A stretch of DNA of 64,000 nucleotides from Pelagomonas calceolata (GCA_918797485.1 CAKKNE010000003.1:3100001-3164000); one strand, 5' to 3'; counted from the first letter of the stretch, positions 35,570 through 46,962 are shown. A program made the numbers and translations. The notes: generated by a model not told the origin, from the sequence alone.

Positions 35570-35812
35570 GTGTCTAGTTGTCGTTTTCAATTTCGCTTGC
35601 AGCGCAGAGCCGCGGTGGTGCCCTCGCGTGTGTGGTCAAACTCGCATTTATGTGGTGTGCGCTTCAAAATATCAACCTCTGAAAATCACAAAAGCATCCC
35701 TCCCTCCCGCTGTACCTAGGCCCCTCTAGTCAAGCACTGGACTCGAGACCCCCCCGGGCTAGGTCCTGCGGTTGCGTAGGTCAGTAGGTAGGTAGCCCAA
35801 AGCACGCCAGGA

Positions 35813-35950
35813 TCGAGGGGGGTTGCCGAGGCGGTTCTGCTTAGAAGGAGGTACGCTGTTATGAAAGAAGCGGCACGCGCCCGCCGCCGATGAATCGCAC
35901 CCTGGCAGGGGCTCCACCCACTAGTCCTAGCACCGTAAAAATAATCCGAG
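35813..35950 (+). mobile_element. SINE-like dispersed repeat, truncated copy with 14-bp TSD
   Basis: Flanked by perfect AAAGCACGCCAGGA at 35799-35812 and 35951-35964; homologous to 32218-32368 and 3573-3635. Confidence 0.7.
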
Positions 35951-36059
35951 AAAGCACGCCAGGAATCGCGCGCAGGAGGTCTGGGCCCGGCAGCGCACCG
36001 GAACTCCGTACTTCAGCAGAAGCTTCCTCGCCTCTTACGCACACGTAGGGAAGGGGGGG

Positions 36060-36863
36060 CTAGGACTTGGGCACGAACGGGTTGTCGGGCAGCGGCTCTT
36101 CGTACGCGGGCGGCGGCGGCGGCTGCTCGTAGGCGGGCGGCGGCTGCTGGTACGCGGGCGGCGGCGGCGGCTGCTCGTAGGCGGGCGGCGGCGCGTAGGC
36201 CGGGACCGGTTTGGCCGTCGCCATCGGGACGGCCCCGTAGACGGCGGGCTGCGGCTGGGGCTGCGCGCGCGCGGCGGGCCGCGCGTCGACGGCCTGGTCC
36301 AGGCCCGGCTGGTACTCCACGGTCCACGTGAGCCGGCCCCGCGGGCCGACCTCGGTGTCGCGCGGCTGGCCGTCGGCCACGGCCGCGCAGCCCTGGCCCG
36401 TCGTGCCGATGAGCTGGTCCTGCATCAGGACGTTCGCGCAGAGGAGCTGGACCGAGAGCGACGCCCGCGCGAGGTCGAGGCGCGGCGGCAGCGGCAGCGC
36501 GACGGCGTTGCGCCCGCCGCGCCAGACCGGGTCGCCGCCGCCGCCGCGCGCGACCTCGGGCACGCGGGCGCGGCTGAACAGACTTCCGTCGATGTACAAG
36601 TAGACCTCGGCGACGACGTCCTGCCGCGTCGTCCAGCATCGGTCGCGGAGCCCGGACCCCGCGTGCACGCGAACGACGAGCTGCGACGGCCGCTGCTGCG
36701 GCGCGACGCCCGGCTGGGGGTAAGGGTCCTCGCCGTAATAGTCCCCGCCGCGTCTTCCGATCGCGTACCCGGCGCCGACGGCTGCCCCCGTGTAGAGCAG
36801 CGGGGCCGGGCCCCAGAACGGCCCGCCCCAGCCGCGCCGGAAGCCGCGGCGGCGGAACGCCAT
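36060..36863 (-). CDS. C2-domain protein with proline-rich PPAY tail
   Basis: 'LVVRVHAGSGLRD..DPVW..DQLIG' C2 pattern; repeated PPPAYEQ. Confidence 0.75.
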   Translation of the reverse strand: MAFRRRGFRRGWGGPFWGPAPLLYTGAAVGAGYAIGRRGGDYYGEDPYPQPGVAPQQRPSQLVVRVHAGSGLRDRCWTTRQDVVAEVYLYIDGSLFSRARVPEVARGGGGDPVWRGGRNAVALPLPPRLDLARASLSVQLLCANVLMQDQLIGTTGQGCAAVADGQPRDTEVGPRGRLTWTVEYQPGLDQAVDARPAARAQPQPQPAVYGAVPMATAKPVPAYAPPPAYEQPPPPPAYQQPPPAYEQPPPPPAYEEPLPDNPFVPKS

Positions 36864-37228
36864 CGATGCGGTGCTTGGTACGCGCGAGACAGACAGGCAG
36901 TGGCAGAGGCAGAGGGCATCAGCAGAGTTGGAGCCAGCTTTGTTCCTCGAGCTCTCACAACCCGCGAGGCCTCTTCTAACGCTGTTTTCCTTTATAATTA
37001 GTCCTCCGGGACCTCGAGTTACGGGTTTTTACTCGACGCGTACGTAAATCGTTTTGAGGCGCCTGGGTGTCGCAGGGTCAAACAGATTGACAGCAGTCTA
37101 CGAAGCAGAAGTGCCGACTCGGCGCCTGCCGACTTTCTAGGATAAAACGCGTTTGAAAACCGAGCTCTCAGGCAGCTCAGTAGCCAAACACGCTCCCCTA
37201 GCCGTAAGCGCCGTAAACCGCAGCACTC

Positions 37229-38083
37229 ATGCACCGCAGTTTAGTCGTGGGCGTCCTCCTTGGGGCGGACGCGCTGCGGCCGGCGCCGCGCCGCCGCGTC
37301 GCGCCGCGGCCGCAGAGCGTCGCGACGGCCGACGCGCAGGACGAAATCATGGCGACGATCGGCGCCGCCTGGGAGACGGCGCCGAACACGCGGGACTTCG
37401 ACGTCACGCTGGAGCACCGGGCGCCGCCGGTGCTCAAAATACAAAACTTCTTGAGCGACGCGGAGTGCGCCCAAATCATCGAGGCGGCCCGCGGCGACGA
37501 CGTCGAGGTCTGCGAGGAGTACCTGAACCACCGCGTGAACGAGGACGGCGCCGTCGCTACGTCAGGCTACTCGGAAGAGCAGGCCCAGGAGGCCCTCGAG
37601 TGGTCGGACGGGGCGACGTCCGGCCTGCGCGTGCGGATGCCCTCCGACATCCTGGACCTCGTCGCGCCGAAGGCGTTGAGTTTGTTGGGCCTGAGCCACC
37701 GGAACTACCGCTTCAAGGAGGAGCTGTACTACCGCCCGGACCGCGCCACGGTCATCGTGCGGGACGCGACGGTCGTGCGGTACCGCGAGGGCGAGGGCGT
37801 CGCGCCGCACGTCGACGGCAAGGACGCGACGCTCCTCGTGTACCTGAACACGTGCCGCGGCGGCGGCCACACGGTCTTCCCCGAGGACGGCCTCGCGTTC
37901 CCGCCGCGACAGGGCGGCGCGCTGCTCTACGACTCGCGGCTCGACCTGCTGCACTACGCGGCGCCCGTGCACGCGGGCCACGAGAAGTGGATCCTCCAGC
38001 TGCTCATCGACCACCGCCTGCCGCCGGGCCACGAGCACATGCCGCTCGTCGACTGGGACACGGGGGCGATCATTCCTGGGTAA
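37229..38083 (+). CDS. 2OG-Fe(II) oxygenase, prolyl-4-hydroxylase-like
   Basis: 'IQNFLSDAEC', 'RY..PHVD', 'TLLVYLN..GGHTVFP', 'LHYAAPV..EKW'. Confidence 0.85.
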   Translation: MHRSLVVGVLLGADALRPAPRRRVAPRPQSVATADAQDEIMATIGAAWETAPNTRDFDVTLEHRAPPVLKIQNFLSDAECAQIIEAARGDDVEVCEEYLNHRVNEDGAVATSGYSEEQAQEALEWSDGATSGLRVRMPSDILDLVAPKALSLLGLSHRNYRFKEELYYRPDRATVIVRDATVVRYREGEGVAPHVDGKDATLLVYLNTCRGGGHTVFPEDGLAFPPRQGGALLYDSRLDLLHYAAPVHAGHEKWILQLLIDHRLPPGHEHMPLVDWDTGAIIPG

Positions 38084-38236
38084 GCGACTCGATACAGAAC
38101 ATACTAGTGACTCCCGGTGCGGCTCTTCCGGGGCTAGTAGGGGACTTCAGTCACATAGAGCTATCTGCCCCCGGCGCGCCGCTAGTCCGTTAAGATTCGA
38201 TAGATACACAGCATAGTAATCCGCCCCGCCCCGCCG

Positions 38237-38395
38237 CTAGTCCGAGTCCCAGCCGGTCATGTCGATGGAGGCCGGCTGCGGGGCCTTGGGCGGCGCCCGG
38301 GGCGCCGGGTCCTTCCACGGCGCCTGCTTCCGCGCGCCGCGCTTCTTCTTCGGGGGCGGCGACGCGTCGGCCGACGCGTCGTCCTCCTCCTCCTC

Positions 38396-38428
<33 letters not shown>

Positions 38429-40189
38429 CGCGTACGAGGCCTGCTTCCGCGCGCGCGACGCCCGCGCGGCGCGCTTCCGGGGCGGCGGCGGCGCCTCGCC
38501 TTCGCTGTCCTCGTCCTCGGACGACGGCGGCGCGGCCGCCTTCTTGCGCCCGCGCGCGGCGGGCTTCTTCTTCGCAGGCTTCTTGGGCGCGTCGTCGCTG
38601 TCCTCCTCGCTCGACGCGTCGACCGCGGCCGGCGCCTTCTTCGCGGGCGGGGGCGCCTGCCGGTACTTGGCCCGGATGCTCTCCGGGTCCGTCGCGTCGC
38701 CCCTTTTATACTGCGCCTTCTGCTCCCGGACCAGGGTCCGCTCGACCTCCTCCGCGAAGGCCTGGGGGTCCTGCTTGTCCACGAACCCGTTCAGGGCCTC
38801 GTTCATCTTCGTCTCCTCGAGGATCTGGAGCTTGGCCTCCTGGCCGTCGAGCTGGTCCTGGATGAGCTGGTCGATGGCCGCGGCCGCGAGCTCGCCCTCC
38901 TCGACGGGCTCGCGGCTGCCCTCGGTCGGGACCCAGGTCTTCGCCGCGCTCGTGCTCGCCTGCTTCTGGCGGCTGAAGTGGAGGATGGCGGACGTGTTCG
39001 CGACGCGGCCGACGAACTGGCCGCCGAATTTGGCGTTGTTGAGCGTCGCGAAGCCCGTGTGGTCGACCTTGAGGCGCACGAGGACCTGGTCCGGCGCCGC
39101 CATGGGCAGCAGCATGTCGTCGTAGCGGAAGGCCGACCGCGTCTTCCTCGCCCGCTCGACGAGGGCCTCGACGCGCGCCGCGAGGCAGTCGCGCACGGCC
39201 GTCGCGTTGTCCGCGCCGTCGCCTTCGTCCATGTCGTCCTGGAGCTCGGGCGCCTCGTTCAGCACGACCTCGTCGCAGACGAAGGGCCGCACGCACGTCA
39301 GGCGCAGCGGCGTCAGCCGGAACTCCGCGCCCCGCACCTGGAGCAGGCCGCAGTGCTTCGGCTTCGCCTCGCCCTCGACCAACGAGCACGCGACGGACGA
39401 GCCGGGCTGGCACACCCGGAACGTGCCCACGGCCGACTCGCGCGGCTTGATCTGGCACTCGTGCTCGTGGCCCCAGATCACCAAATCGATCCACGCCGGG
39501 ATCATCGACTCGTGCACGCACGTGTTCCGCCCCCTCCCAACATCCCGGTTCTGGTGCAACACGAAGATCGAGAAGTAGGTCCCGTCCCGCGGCCGCAGGA
39601 AGCGCACCCTCTTCTGCTGCCACATCCTATTGAGGCGCTCGTCGCGCATGTTCCCGAGGCCGTAGAGCGCCACCCTCGTGTTGCCCTTCCTCAATAATAC
39701 GGGCGAGACCTCGACGCGGTCCGCGTGCTCCTGCCTTCCAAAATAGTTGAGCATGTTCGCGACGCTCAGTAAATCCAAAGCGGCGAGCGCCTCGACGCCG
39801 CCCTCGCGCGTCGGGTCGTCGTGGTTGCCGTGAATGCTAAAAATGGGCAGGCCCACGGACACGTGCGGGTCCTCGTAATTCACGCTCTGCCGGAAGTTCG
39901 CCTCCTGGTCGCTCAGCACCTCGAAGCCGACCGCCGCGTCCGAGAGCGCGTACCGCCTCAACAAACTCATGGTCTTGAAGAGCGTCCTCCGACTCGGCTT
40001 GTTGTCGTGGAAGAGGTCGCCGGCCAGGAGCAGGAAGTCCGCGCCCCGGTCGTTCGCCAGCCGCAGGACCTCCTCGAACGCCGCGAAGCTGTCGGTGCCG
40101 CGGACCGCGTCGCGGTCGCAGTACCCGAGGTGCGAGTCCGTCGCGACCATGATCGTGAACACGTCGTCGTCCTCCTCCTCCTCCGCCAT
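38237..40189 (-). CDS. MRE11: double-strand break repair nuclease MRE11
   Basis: 'ATDSHLG', 'GDLFHDNKPS', 'IHGNHDDP', 'VLHQN', 'WGHEH', 'QPGSSVA', 'FVGRVAN'. Confidence 0.96.
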
Positions 40190-40594
40190 GGTGGTGCCGC
40201 GCGCGCGTTTTAAAAAAAAGCTCTCTCTCCTATTTGGCCCGTGCGGCGTTTTGGCCGGTCGCGGCGCGGTGGCGCGCTGCGCTGCGCTGCGCGAATACAA
40301 CAGAGAGCTTAACCCGCCGCAGACACAGAGGATGCGGCGCGCGTCGCGGTCCCGGCCGGCCGGGCCTGGGCGCGGCGGATCGAGCGCCCCCGGGTTTTTG
40401 GCACTTTCTCGTAGGAATGTTTTGCACTGGAGGATTCTTCTGCTTGGGACCTGTGCTGAAAAAAAAAAATTCTGGTGGGGTGTGCGGAGGCAGGTGCCTG
40501 GACCAGGCGTGGCACGACCCTGAGTCACGCCCACCGGCCCAAGGGACATTGTTGCACAGATTTGCAATTAGGTTATTTTCAAGGGCTAGGAACG

Positions 40595-41854
40595 ATGGTG
40601 CGCGCATTCGTCTATTTGGCACCTATCCTGGGCTTCGCCAGCGCCTGGCAGCACTCCAGGGCTGGCTGCCAGCGCGGCAGGGTCGTCCTGAAGGCTGAGG
40701 AGAAGCCGTGGGTGCCGCCGACGCCGGCGGACTGGCAGGAGGACAAAGCGGCGCTTGGCTCGACGCCATCCTGGCTAGCGTCGGCGGCCGCGCCGCCGGC
40801 CAAGGCGGCAGAAGCCGTCGCAGCGCCCACCGCGGAGGCCTGGCGCCAGACGTGCGACAGCGACGGCGTGGTGTCGTGGTACGGCTTCGGCCTGCGGCTC
40901 AGCGCCGCCGCCCCCGCCGAGGCGCCGGCGGCGGCCGCCGCGACCGAGGCGCCGCCGAGGATCGCCACGACGGTCGCGACGCCGGAGGCGTCGGCGGCCA
41001 TTGCTCAGTCGGAGGCGCCGGAGGCGGCCATGGCACCGGCGGGCGCGGCCGACGGGCCCATTTCGACGGTGGCGGGCGTGGCCGTGCTCGCGGCGGGCGC
41101 CACCGCGCTGGGCCTCGACGCCGAGCTCGCCGCGATCCTCGCGGCGGGCGCTGCCGCCGCGTCCCTCAGCAACGAGGAGTCGAACTTCGCCCAGCTGACG
41201 CGCTCCGTCGGCAAGCTCGCGCGGGCCACGGCCCAGCCCGTCGTCGACGGCGTCTCCGACGAGCTCGCGCGCCGCGAGCGGGAGAAGCCGGCGCGGGACC
41301 TCTTCCCGAGCAACGACGCCGGGCGCGTCTTCCAGAAGCCCGCGCCCGCGCGGAAGCCGGCGCCCGAGCCGACGCCCGCGCCCGCGCCGGCGTTCAGCCT
41401 CTTCGGCGGCGGCAAGCCGGCCGCGACGCCCGCGCCGAAGCCCGCGGCCCCGTTCTCGTTCGGCGCCAAGCCCAAGCCCGCGGCGAAGCCGACGCCCGCG
41501 CCCGCGTCAAAACCGGCGTTCGGCCTGTTCGGGTCCAAGCCGGCGGCGACGCCCGCGCCGGCGCCGAAGCCCGCGCCGGCGCCGAAGAAGGCGCCGTTCA
41601 GCCTCTTCGGCGCCCCGAAGACGCCGGCCGCGCCGCCGCCGCCGCCGCCCAAGAACAACTGGCTCAGCTTCGGGAAGGCGGCGAAGGCGCCGCCCGCGGA
41701 GAAGCGGCCGCCGCCCGCCGCCGGCGCCGGCAAGACGAACTTCGTGCCGCCGGCCCTGCGCAGCGCCGCGGCCGCCTCGCGAAAAAAGTCGGAGGAGCAG
41801 CAGCGCGCGGCCGAGGCGTCCCGCAAGCGCCGCAACCCTTTCATCCGGAAGTGA
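40595..41854 (+). CDS. Pro/Ala/Lys-rich hypothetical protein with signal peptide and FSLFG repeats
   Basis: Signal-like 'MVRAFVYLAPILGFASAW'; repeated (PA)n-F(S/G)LFG; strong codon bias. Confidence 0.7.
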   Translation: MVRAFVYLAPILGFASAWQHSRAGCQRGRVVLKAEEKPWVPPTPADWQEDKAALGSTPSWLASAAAPPAKAAEAVAAPTAEAWRQTCDSDGVVSWYGFGLRLSAAAPAEAPAAAAATEAPPRIATTVATPEASAAIAQSEAPEAAMAPAGAADGPISTVAGVAVLAAGATALGLDAELAAILAAGAAAASLSNEESNFAQLTRSVGKLARATAQPVVDGVSDELARREREKPARDLFPSNDAGRVFQKPAPARKPAPEPTPAPAPAFSLFGGGKPAATPAPKPAAPFSFGAKPKPAAKPTPAPASKPAFGLFGSKPAATPAPAPKPAPAPKKAPFSLFGAPKTPAAPPPPPPKNNWLSFGKAAKAPPAEKRPPPAAGAGKTNFVPPALRSAAAASRKKSEEQQRAAEASRKRRNPFIRK

Positions 41855-42339
41855 GTGACGCGCCGGGCATAACACATAGAACCTATATGCTGTTGTTGTT
41901 GCGGTTCTGGAACTAGCGCCGGTTCGTTGATCGACTTGCTTCCATCTTCAGACATAGCAAGACCCGTCCCAATCTGTGCGACCACCTGGTCCCGAACCCG
42001 GACCCTAGGATCTAGATACTTGTCTTGGGACGCGGCTTCCAGGTCTTCCGCGTTAGGAAACAGCAGCTAGCCTAGCTGGCTAGCCTCAATTTGACCGACG
42101 GGTTTTGCGCGGTTTTGCGGGACCCCTCCCCGCCCCAGGGGACTCGTCGCGGAGGTCGCGCACCGCTAGTGAGGCCTGTACAGGTAAGACACTCTAGCAA
42201 GCAAAAGTCGCACCCATCGAGCCATTCGAGCTTATCGCATGCGACGAAGCAGCCACGCACACGCATCCACAGCTCACGGAATCAAGGATTTCGCGGCGGC
42301 GGGCAGCCCTACGGCGACACACCGGGCAGCCCTGCGTAG

Positions 42340-43464
42340 ATGGGACTGCCGCTGCTGCTGGCGGCCCCGGCCCTCGCCGCCGCGCGAGGCGGGCTCGCCG
42401 TCGTCGTGCCGCTGACGGCGGCGCCGCGCGACCTGGCGCGGCTCCGCGCGACGCTCGGCCGCTGGAACACGCCGGACTTCGCGCCGTGCCGGCTCGACGA
42501 CCGCGCGACCCCGGCGGCCGCGCACGTCCGCCGCGACTGCGGCTTCGCGCCGGAGAAGCGCGCGCACGAGCCGCCCGCCCTGATCTTCTACGCGAACCGG
42601 CGGTGGCACGAACACGTACGACGGGACGTCGGGGCGTGGCTTGGCGCCGCGGCGGCGTGCTTCCAGCGCGTCGAGTTCCGCGCGGCGAACCTGACCGCGG
42701 CCGAGGACGGCTACCCCTACGGCGCGTCGCACGTGTTCTACGCCGTCCACGCGGACATGTTCGCCGACCGGCGCGTGCGCCACTTCTTCTACACGGAGCC
42801 GGACAACGCGCCCATCCGGGCGCGCTGGGCCGACGCGCTCCAGGCGCTGGTTCAGACGGAGCGGTTCTGGGTCAAGGGCTCCGCCGTGCGGGGCCCCGTC
42901 AAGGTCGACGAGTGGGTCATCCGCCACGTCAACGGCAACGCGCTCTACGACGCGCACGACGCCGAGTTCCGCGCCGTCGTGCGCGAGGCCTCGCGCGCCG
43001 CGCCGCGCATGCACGCGCGGCTCGATCCCTACGACCTGGCCCTCGCGGCGTACTTCCACGACCCGTGGTGCCCGACGGGCCGCCACTGCGCGCCGACGAC
43101 GAGCGTCGCGTGGCGGCGCGAGCGCCTGCACCTCTACCGCTTCGCCGAGTTCGCCGCGAACCACCACGACGCCGTCCTGGGCGTGGCCGCCGCGCGGCGC
43201 GCGTACCCGTGCGCGCTCTTCGTCCACGGGAACCGGACAGCGGTCAACGCCGACCGCGCGCGCGGCGTCTCGCCGAACGCGGTCATCAAGGCGCGGGAGC
43301 TTGCCCGCAAGCGGGCGCGCGTCGCGCGCCGCGCCGCGCGGCGCGGCCGCGGCGTCGTCGCGGGCGCCGTCGCGAGCCTGCTTGCAGTCGTCGCCGCGCG
43401 GCGGCTGCGCGGGAGTCGCGGCCGGGGAAGGCCTTTGTTTGTGTATAGCTCCGGGGCTGGTTGA
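42340..43464 (+). CDS. hypothetical secreted/membrane protein, glycosyltransferase-like
   Basis: Signal peptide; 'FFYTEPDNAPIR..W', 'FWVKGS', 'HVNGNALY'; C-terminal hydrophobic stretch. Confidence 0.65.
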   Translation: MGLPLLLAAPALAAARGGLAVVVPLTAAPRDLARLRATLGRWNTPDFAPCRLDDRATPAAAHVRRDCGFAPEKRAHEPPALIFYANRRWHEHVRRDVGAWLGAAAACFQRVEFRAANLTAAEDGYPYGASHVFYAVHADMFADRRVRHFFYTEPDNAPIRARWADALQALVQTERFWVKGSAVRGPVKVDEWVIRHVNGNALYDAHDAEFRAVVREASRAAPRMHARLDPYDLALAAYFHDPWCPTGRHCAPTTSVAWRRERLHLYRFAEFAANHHDAVLGVAAARRAYPCALFVHGNRTAVNADRARGVSPNAVIKARELARKRARVARRAARRGRGVVAGAVASLLAVVAARRLRGSRGRGRPLFVYSSGAG

Positions 43465-43778
43465 TATTGCTCGCCATTTACGCCCTCGAACGTAATCATC
43501 AGCCAGGCCGCGCTGGCGGCCCCGGCGGCGCTTCGAGATGGGCGCCGACGGCCGCCGGAGCGGCGAGGCCTGTGAAGCTGCGTGCGGCGGTCGATCTCGT
43601 CGCACCTCCTTCCGTGGTCGGCGGCGCGCGCGTTTCCCAAGGCGCAAAGCGACCCTAGAGGACGACTAGGGGCTAGTGACGCAAAATCCACGAGGGCCTG
43701 CGTGCCGCGTACCCGGGCCGTTCGCGGTACGGGGCAGGGGCCGCTGAGGGGCGGTGTGGCCTATAGCCAAAGTCTTAT

Positions 43779-44615
43779 TTAGAACTCTAGGATGAAGGAG
43801 TCGTAATAGTCCTCCCGCCAAACTGGCGCCTCGTCGAAGACCTGCAACAGGACCTGAGTCTCGCTGCTGTCCTGCCATTCCGCTCGGATGCGGTCACGAA
43901 GTTCAATGCTAGCAGGATTATCTCGCGTAATAACCACTCCGTTCAGGGTCAAACCCCATTTGATAAGTACGCTGGCGATCCCTCTCGGGTCTTTCCACGC
44001 GTGAAGCCCGAGGTCCGGCTGGATCTTGAAAAGCACCTCGGGTGCGCTCTCGCCATCATTTCGAGCAGCTCGCCAAAACCATTGGCAGAGAAGGCCTTCT
44101 ATCCAGATTTTCCCGGCAAAGATATGCGGCGGATTGCTCCACCCTCTCCAACACCGCAGGCCGGATCGCACCGTTTCGGGGCCGAACGCCGCGATGACTC
44201 GACCAATGCCATCTAAGGACGGCTCGACGACGTCGAGGAAGCGGATCGTGGCGTCGAGGTAGTTCGCATGTAACTCGCCTTCAGCGGGACGCATGGCAGG
44301 CCAGCTTGCGATCTCGAGGAGGACGACGCTCGGTTCCGTTGCCCACGCGCTTCGGAGCATGGCCTTCGTCTGGTCGGATGACGGTGGTGTGTCGCCCGAA
44401 AGCGCCGCCAGCCCTTGCTCGCAAAAGAGCTTCACGGGTCGCCAGCGCCCGCGCGTCAGGCTTCGGCGCGCCGCCAGTCGTACCTCTTTGGAGACTTGTT
44501 TTACATCGGTGTGCACGTCCTCAAATGGCAAGGACTCGAGGCATCGACCCACCAGGTCCGGCGGCAGGGGGATGCCCATGCCCGTAACCCGCGTTTGCGA
44601 GCGCAGGCGTGGCAT
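43779..44615 (-). CDS. hypothetical protein with F-box-like N-terminus
   Basis: 'LPPDLVGRCLESLPFEDV..VKQVSKE'; 278-aa ORF in lower-GC DNA. Confidence 0.55.
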   Translation of the reverse strand: MPRLRSQTRVTGMGIPLPPDLVGRCLESLPFEDVHTDVKQVSKEVRLAARRSLTRGRWRPVKLFCEQGLAALSGDTPPSSDQTKAMLRSAWATEPSVVLLEIASWPAMRPAEGELHANYLDATIRFLDVVEPSLDGIGRVIAAFGPETVRSGLRCWRGWSNPPHIFAGKIWIEGLLCQWFWRAARNDGESAPEVLFKIQPDLGLHAWKDPRGIASVLIKWGLTLNGVVITRDNPASIELRDRIRAEWQDSSETQVLLQVFDEAPVWREDYYDSFILEF

Positions 44616-45050
44616 GGCGTGCCCTGCTACGTTTCGTCGTAAAATCTGACGCGTTGGGCCGCGCCTTGTCGCGGGGGGCTGCCCCGCGGGTTGCGGTAAG
44701 AGCCTGGGGGGTCTCTCCTGACTTGCGGCCGGGGGGGGGGGGTGCCCCTGGTCCTTAAAGGCAGCTTGATGTGAGGGTGCGCTCCGGAGATTACAAAGTC
44801 ACTAGCCAAGCAAGACTCTACCAAGATCGCGGAAGCTTCCCGTTGGCGTCCTCCTGAGGCCGTGGCGGGCGGCGAGTCTCTTCGCAGCCAGGTATGGGAT
44901 AAAAAAAAACCCGTATTTTGTCTTGGTCGGACATTTTCCTGTCCCTACGCGCATGCTCGCAGTGTGAACGCTCCTACAGCAATGCTCGCAGTGCGAACGC
45001 TCTGCAGAACGCAACGCTAGACACATCACCAAAAACTGCAGCGCAGCCAT

Positions 45051-46373
45051 ATGCTGCGCCGCCTCCTGGGCAGGGCGCCGCTCTGGCCGGCCGCAGGTGC
45101 GATGCGCACAAATAGCACGGTGGCCGACGCCGCTGACGAGCTCGAGCTCGTGCACGCGACGGCGACGTTCCGCCACGGCGCGCGCTGCCCGGTCTTCGGC
45201 CTCGACAGCGACGTCGTCAGGCGAGTCCAGTGGGACTCGTGCGCGGAGACGGCGCGGCTCGGCGCCCGCGTCGACGCGGGCGCGGACGCCGTCGTCGCGC
45301 TGACGGCGCGGAGCGGCGCGATGCGGCCGTCGGCAGTCGACGCGCAGCAGCGGAGCCACGCGCTCGCCGGCGGCGCGCGGTCGGGCGAGCTCACGCGCGT
45401 CGGCTGGGCCCAGGCGCAGGCGCTGGGGGCGAGGCTCCGGGCGCGCTACGGCGTTGCCGACTTCGAGGAGCTCCGGCCGCGCCTCGCGTGCCGGACGACG
45501 CACGTGTCGCGCTGCGTGCTGACGCTGCGCGGGGTGCTGCTGGGGCTGGGCTTCGCGGAGGGCACCGCCCCCGTCGTCGTGGAGACGGCGCACGCGTCGC
45601 GCGAGACGCTGACGCCCTCCACGAAGCGCTGCCCGCGGCTCACGCGGCACTGGGCGCGGTGCCGCGCGGCGCTGCGGAGCACGCGCCGCCACGTCGACAC
45701 GAGTCCGTCCGCGTTCCGGCGGCTCGTCGCGAAGGTGCCGGCCGACGCCCGGGCGACGTTCGGGTTCCCCGCAACGGCCGTGCCGCTCAAGGACGCGTTG
45801 ATCGCGCTCGATAGCCTCGCCGCGGAGGAGCTGCCCTGGGGCGTGACGCAGGACGAGCTGGGCGCGCTGGACGACGCGGCCGCCGCCGAGGTCGCCCTGC
45901 TGCTCGGCGTGGGGAGCGGCGACGGCGGCGCCGACGAGGCGGAGGCGCTGCGCCTGGCGGCGGGGCCGCTCTGCCGCGACGTGCTCGCGGGGCTCGACGC
46001 CGCGGTCGCGGCGCCGGCCTCGAAGCCGACGCTCACCCTGCTGTCGGGCCACGACACGACGGTCAAGCCGCTCCTCGTGGCCCTCGGCGTCTACGACCAC
46101 AAGTGGCCGCCCTTCTGCGCGTGCGTCGTCGTCGAGGTGCTGCGCCGCCGGCGCGACGACCAGCTGGTCTGTCGCGTGCTCTACGACGGCGCGACGTCCC
46201 CCGCGCCGGCGGCGGCGCCGGAGGGTCCCTTCTACGTCGTGCTCGAGGAGACGTACGAGGCGTTTCGGGGGCGCCTCGCGGCCGTCGCGCTCGACGCGGA
46301 CGCGTGGGGCGAGCTATGCGGCGGCGCCCTCGAGGGCGGCGTCGAGGGCGGCGGCGACACGTTCGGGCCGTAG
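45051..46373 (+). CDS. histidine acid phosphatase
   Basis: 'FRHGARCP' and 'SGHDTT' catalytic motifs. Confidence 0.9.
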   Translation: MLRRLLGRAPLWPAAGAMRTNSTVADAADELELVHATATFRHGARCPVFGLDSDVVRRVQWDSCAETARLGARVDAGADAVVALTARSGAMRPSAVDAQQRSHALAGGARSGELTRVGWAQAQALGARLRARYGVADFEELRPRLACRTTHVSRCVLTLRGVLLGLGFAEGTAPVVVETAHASRETLTPSTKRCPRLTRHWARCRAALRSTRRHVDTSPSAFRRLVAKVPADARATFGFPATAVPLKDALIALDSLAAEELPWGVTQDELGALDDAAAAEVALLLGVGSGDGGADEAEALRLAAGPLCRDVLAGLDAAVAAPASKPTLTLLSGHDTTVKPLLVALGVYDHKWPPFCACVVVEVLRRRRDDQLVCRVLYDGATSPAPAAAPEGPFYVVLEETYEAFRGRLAAVALDADAWGELCGGALEGGVEGGGDTFGP

Positions 46374-46392
46374 TTAAACTCAAGTGTTAATC

Positions 46393-46962
46393 CTAGTTGC
46401 GGCCGACGCACTCCCCGCCGACGAGCACCTGGGACCGCGAGTCGCAGACGCGCCGGTAGCCGATCTTCGAGAAGGTGCCGCTGATGCTGTCGCCCGTCGC
46501 CGCGACGTTGCCCAGGTTGCGCTGGATCGCGTCCTTGGGCACGTCGCCCTTGAAGCGGTCGACGCACTCGCCGTTCCGGACGAACTGGCTCCGCGAGGCG
46601 CAAGAACGGCGGAGGCCCTTGCCCCCCTTGTTGTCGGCGCGCGCCGCCTTCGCGGCCGCGGCCGCCGCGGCCTCCTCCCGCTCGCGCGCCGCGGCGGCCT
46701 CCGCGTCGGACTCGGCATCTGCGGCCGCCTGGGCCGCGGCGGCCGCCGCGGCCTCTTCCTTCTCGCGGGCTTCTTTCTCCGCGAGCTGCTTCTTGGTCAA
46801 CGCCTTGGGCTTGCCGAACGCCGCCTCGGCGGCGGCCGGGTAGAGCAGAGGCGCCAGGGCCGCGCCGCCCGAAGCCAGGTGTTTCAGGCCGTTGCGGCGC
46901 GACACGGGCTGCAGCGCCGAGACCGCCGCGACCGCGACGCACGCGCACAAGAGTGACCTCAT
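46393..46962 (-). CDS. hypothetical plastid/thylakoid-targeted protein
   Basis: Signal peptide, 'SRRNGL' twin-Arg and 'AEA' site; charged helix; two 'GECV' repeats. Confidence 0.6.
   Translation of the reverse strand: MRSLLCACVAVAAVSALQPVSRRNGLKHLASGGAALAPLLYPAAAEAAFGKPKALTKKQLAEKEAREKEEAAAAAAAQAAADAESDAEAAAAREREEAAAAAAAKAARADNKGGKGLRRSCASRSQFVRNGECVDRFKGDVPKDAIQRNLGNVAATGDSISGTFSKIGYRRVCDSRSQVLVGGECVGRN

Noticed and set aside
32218..35943. Inverted ~140-bp repeats enclosing four genes as a composite/Pack-type transposon
   Set aside because: Each copy has its own flanking duplication and a third copy lies at 3573, so independent insertions are simpler; the enclosed genes look like ordinary cellular genes.
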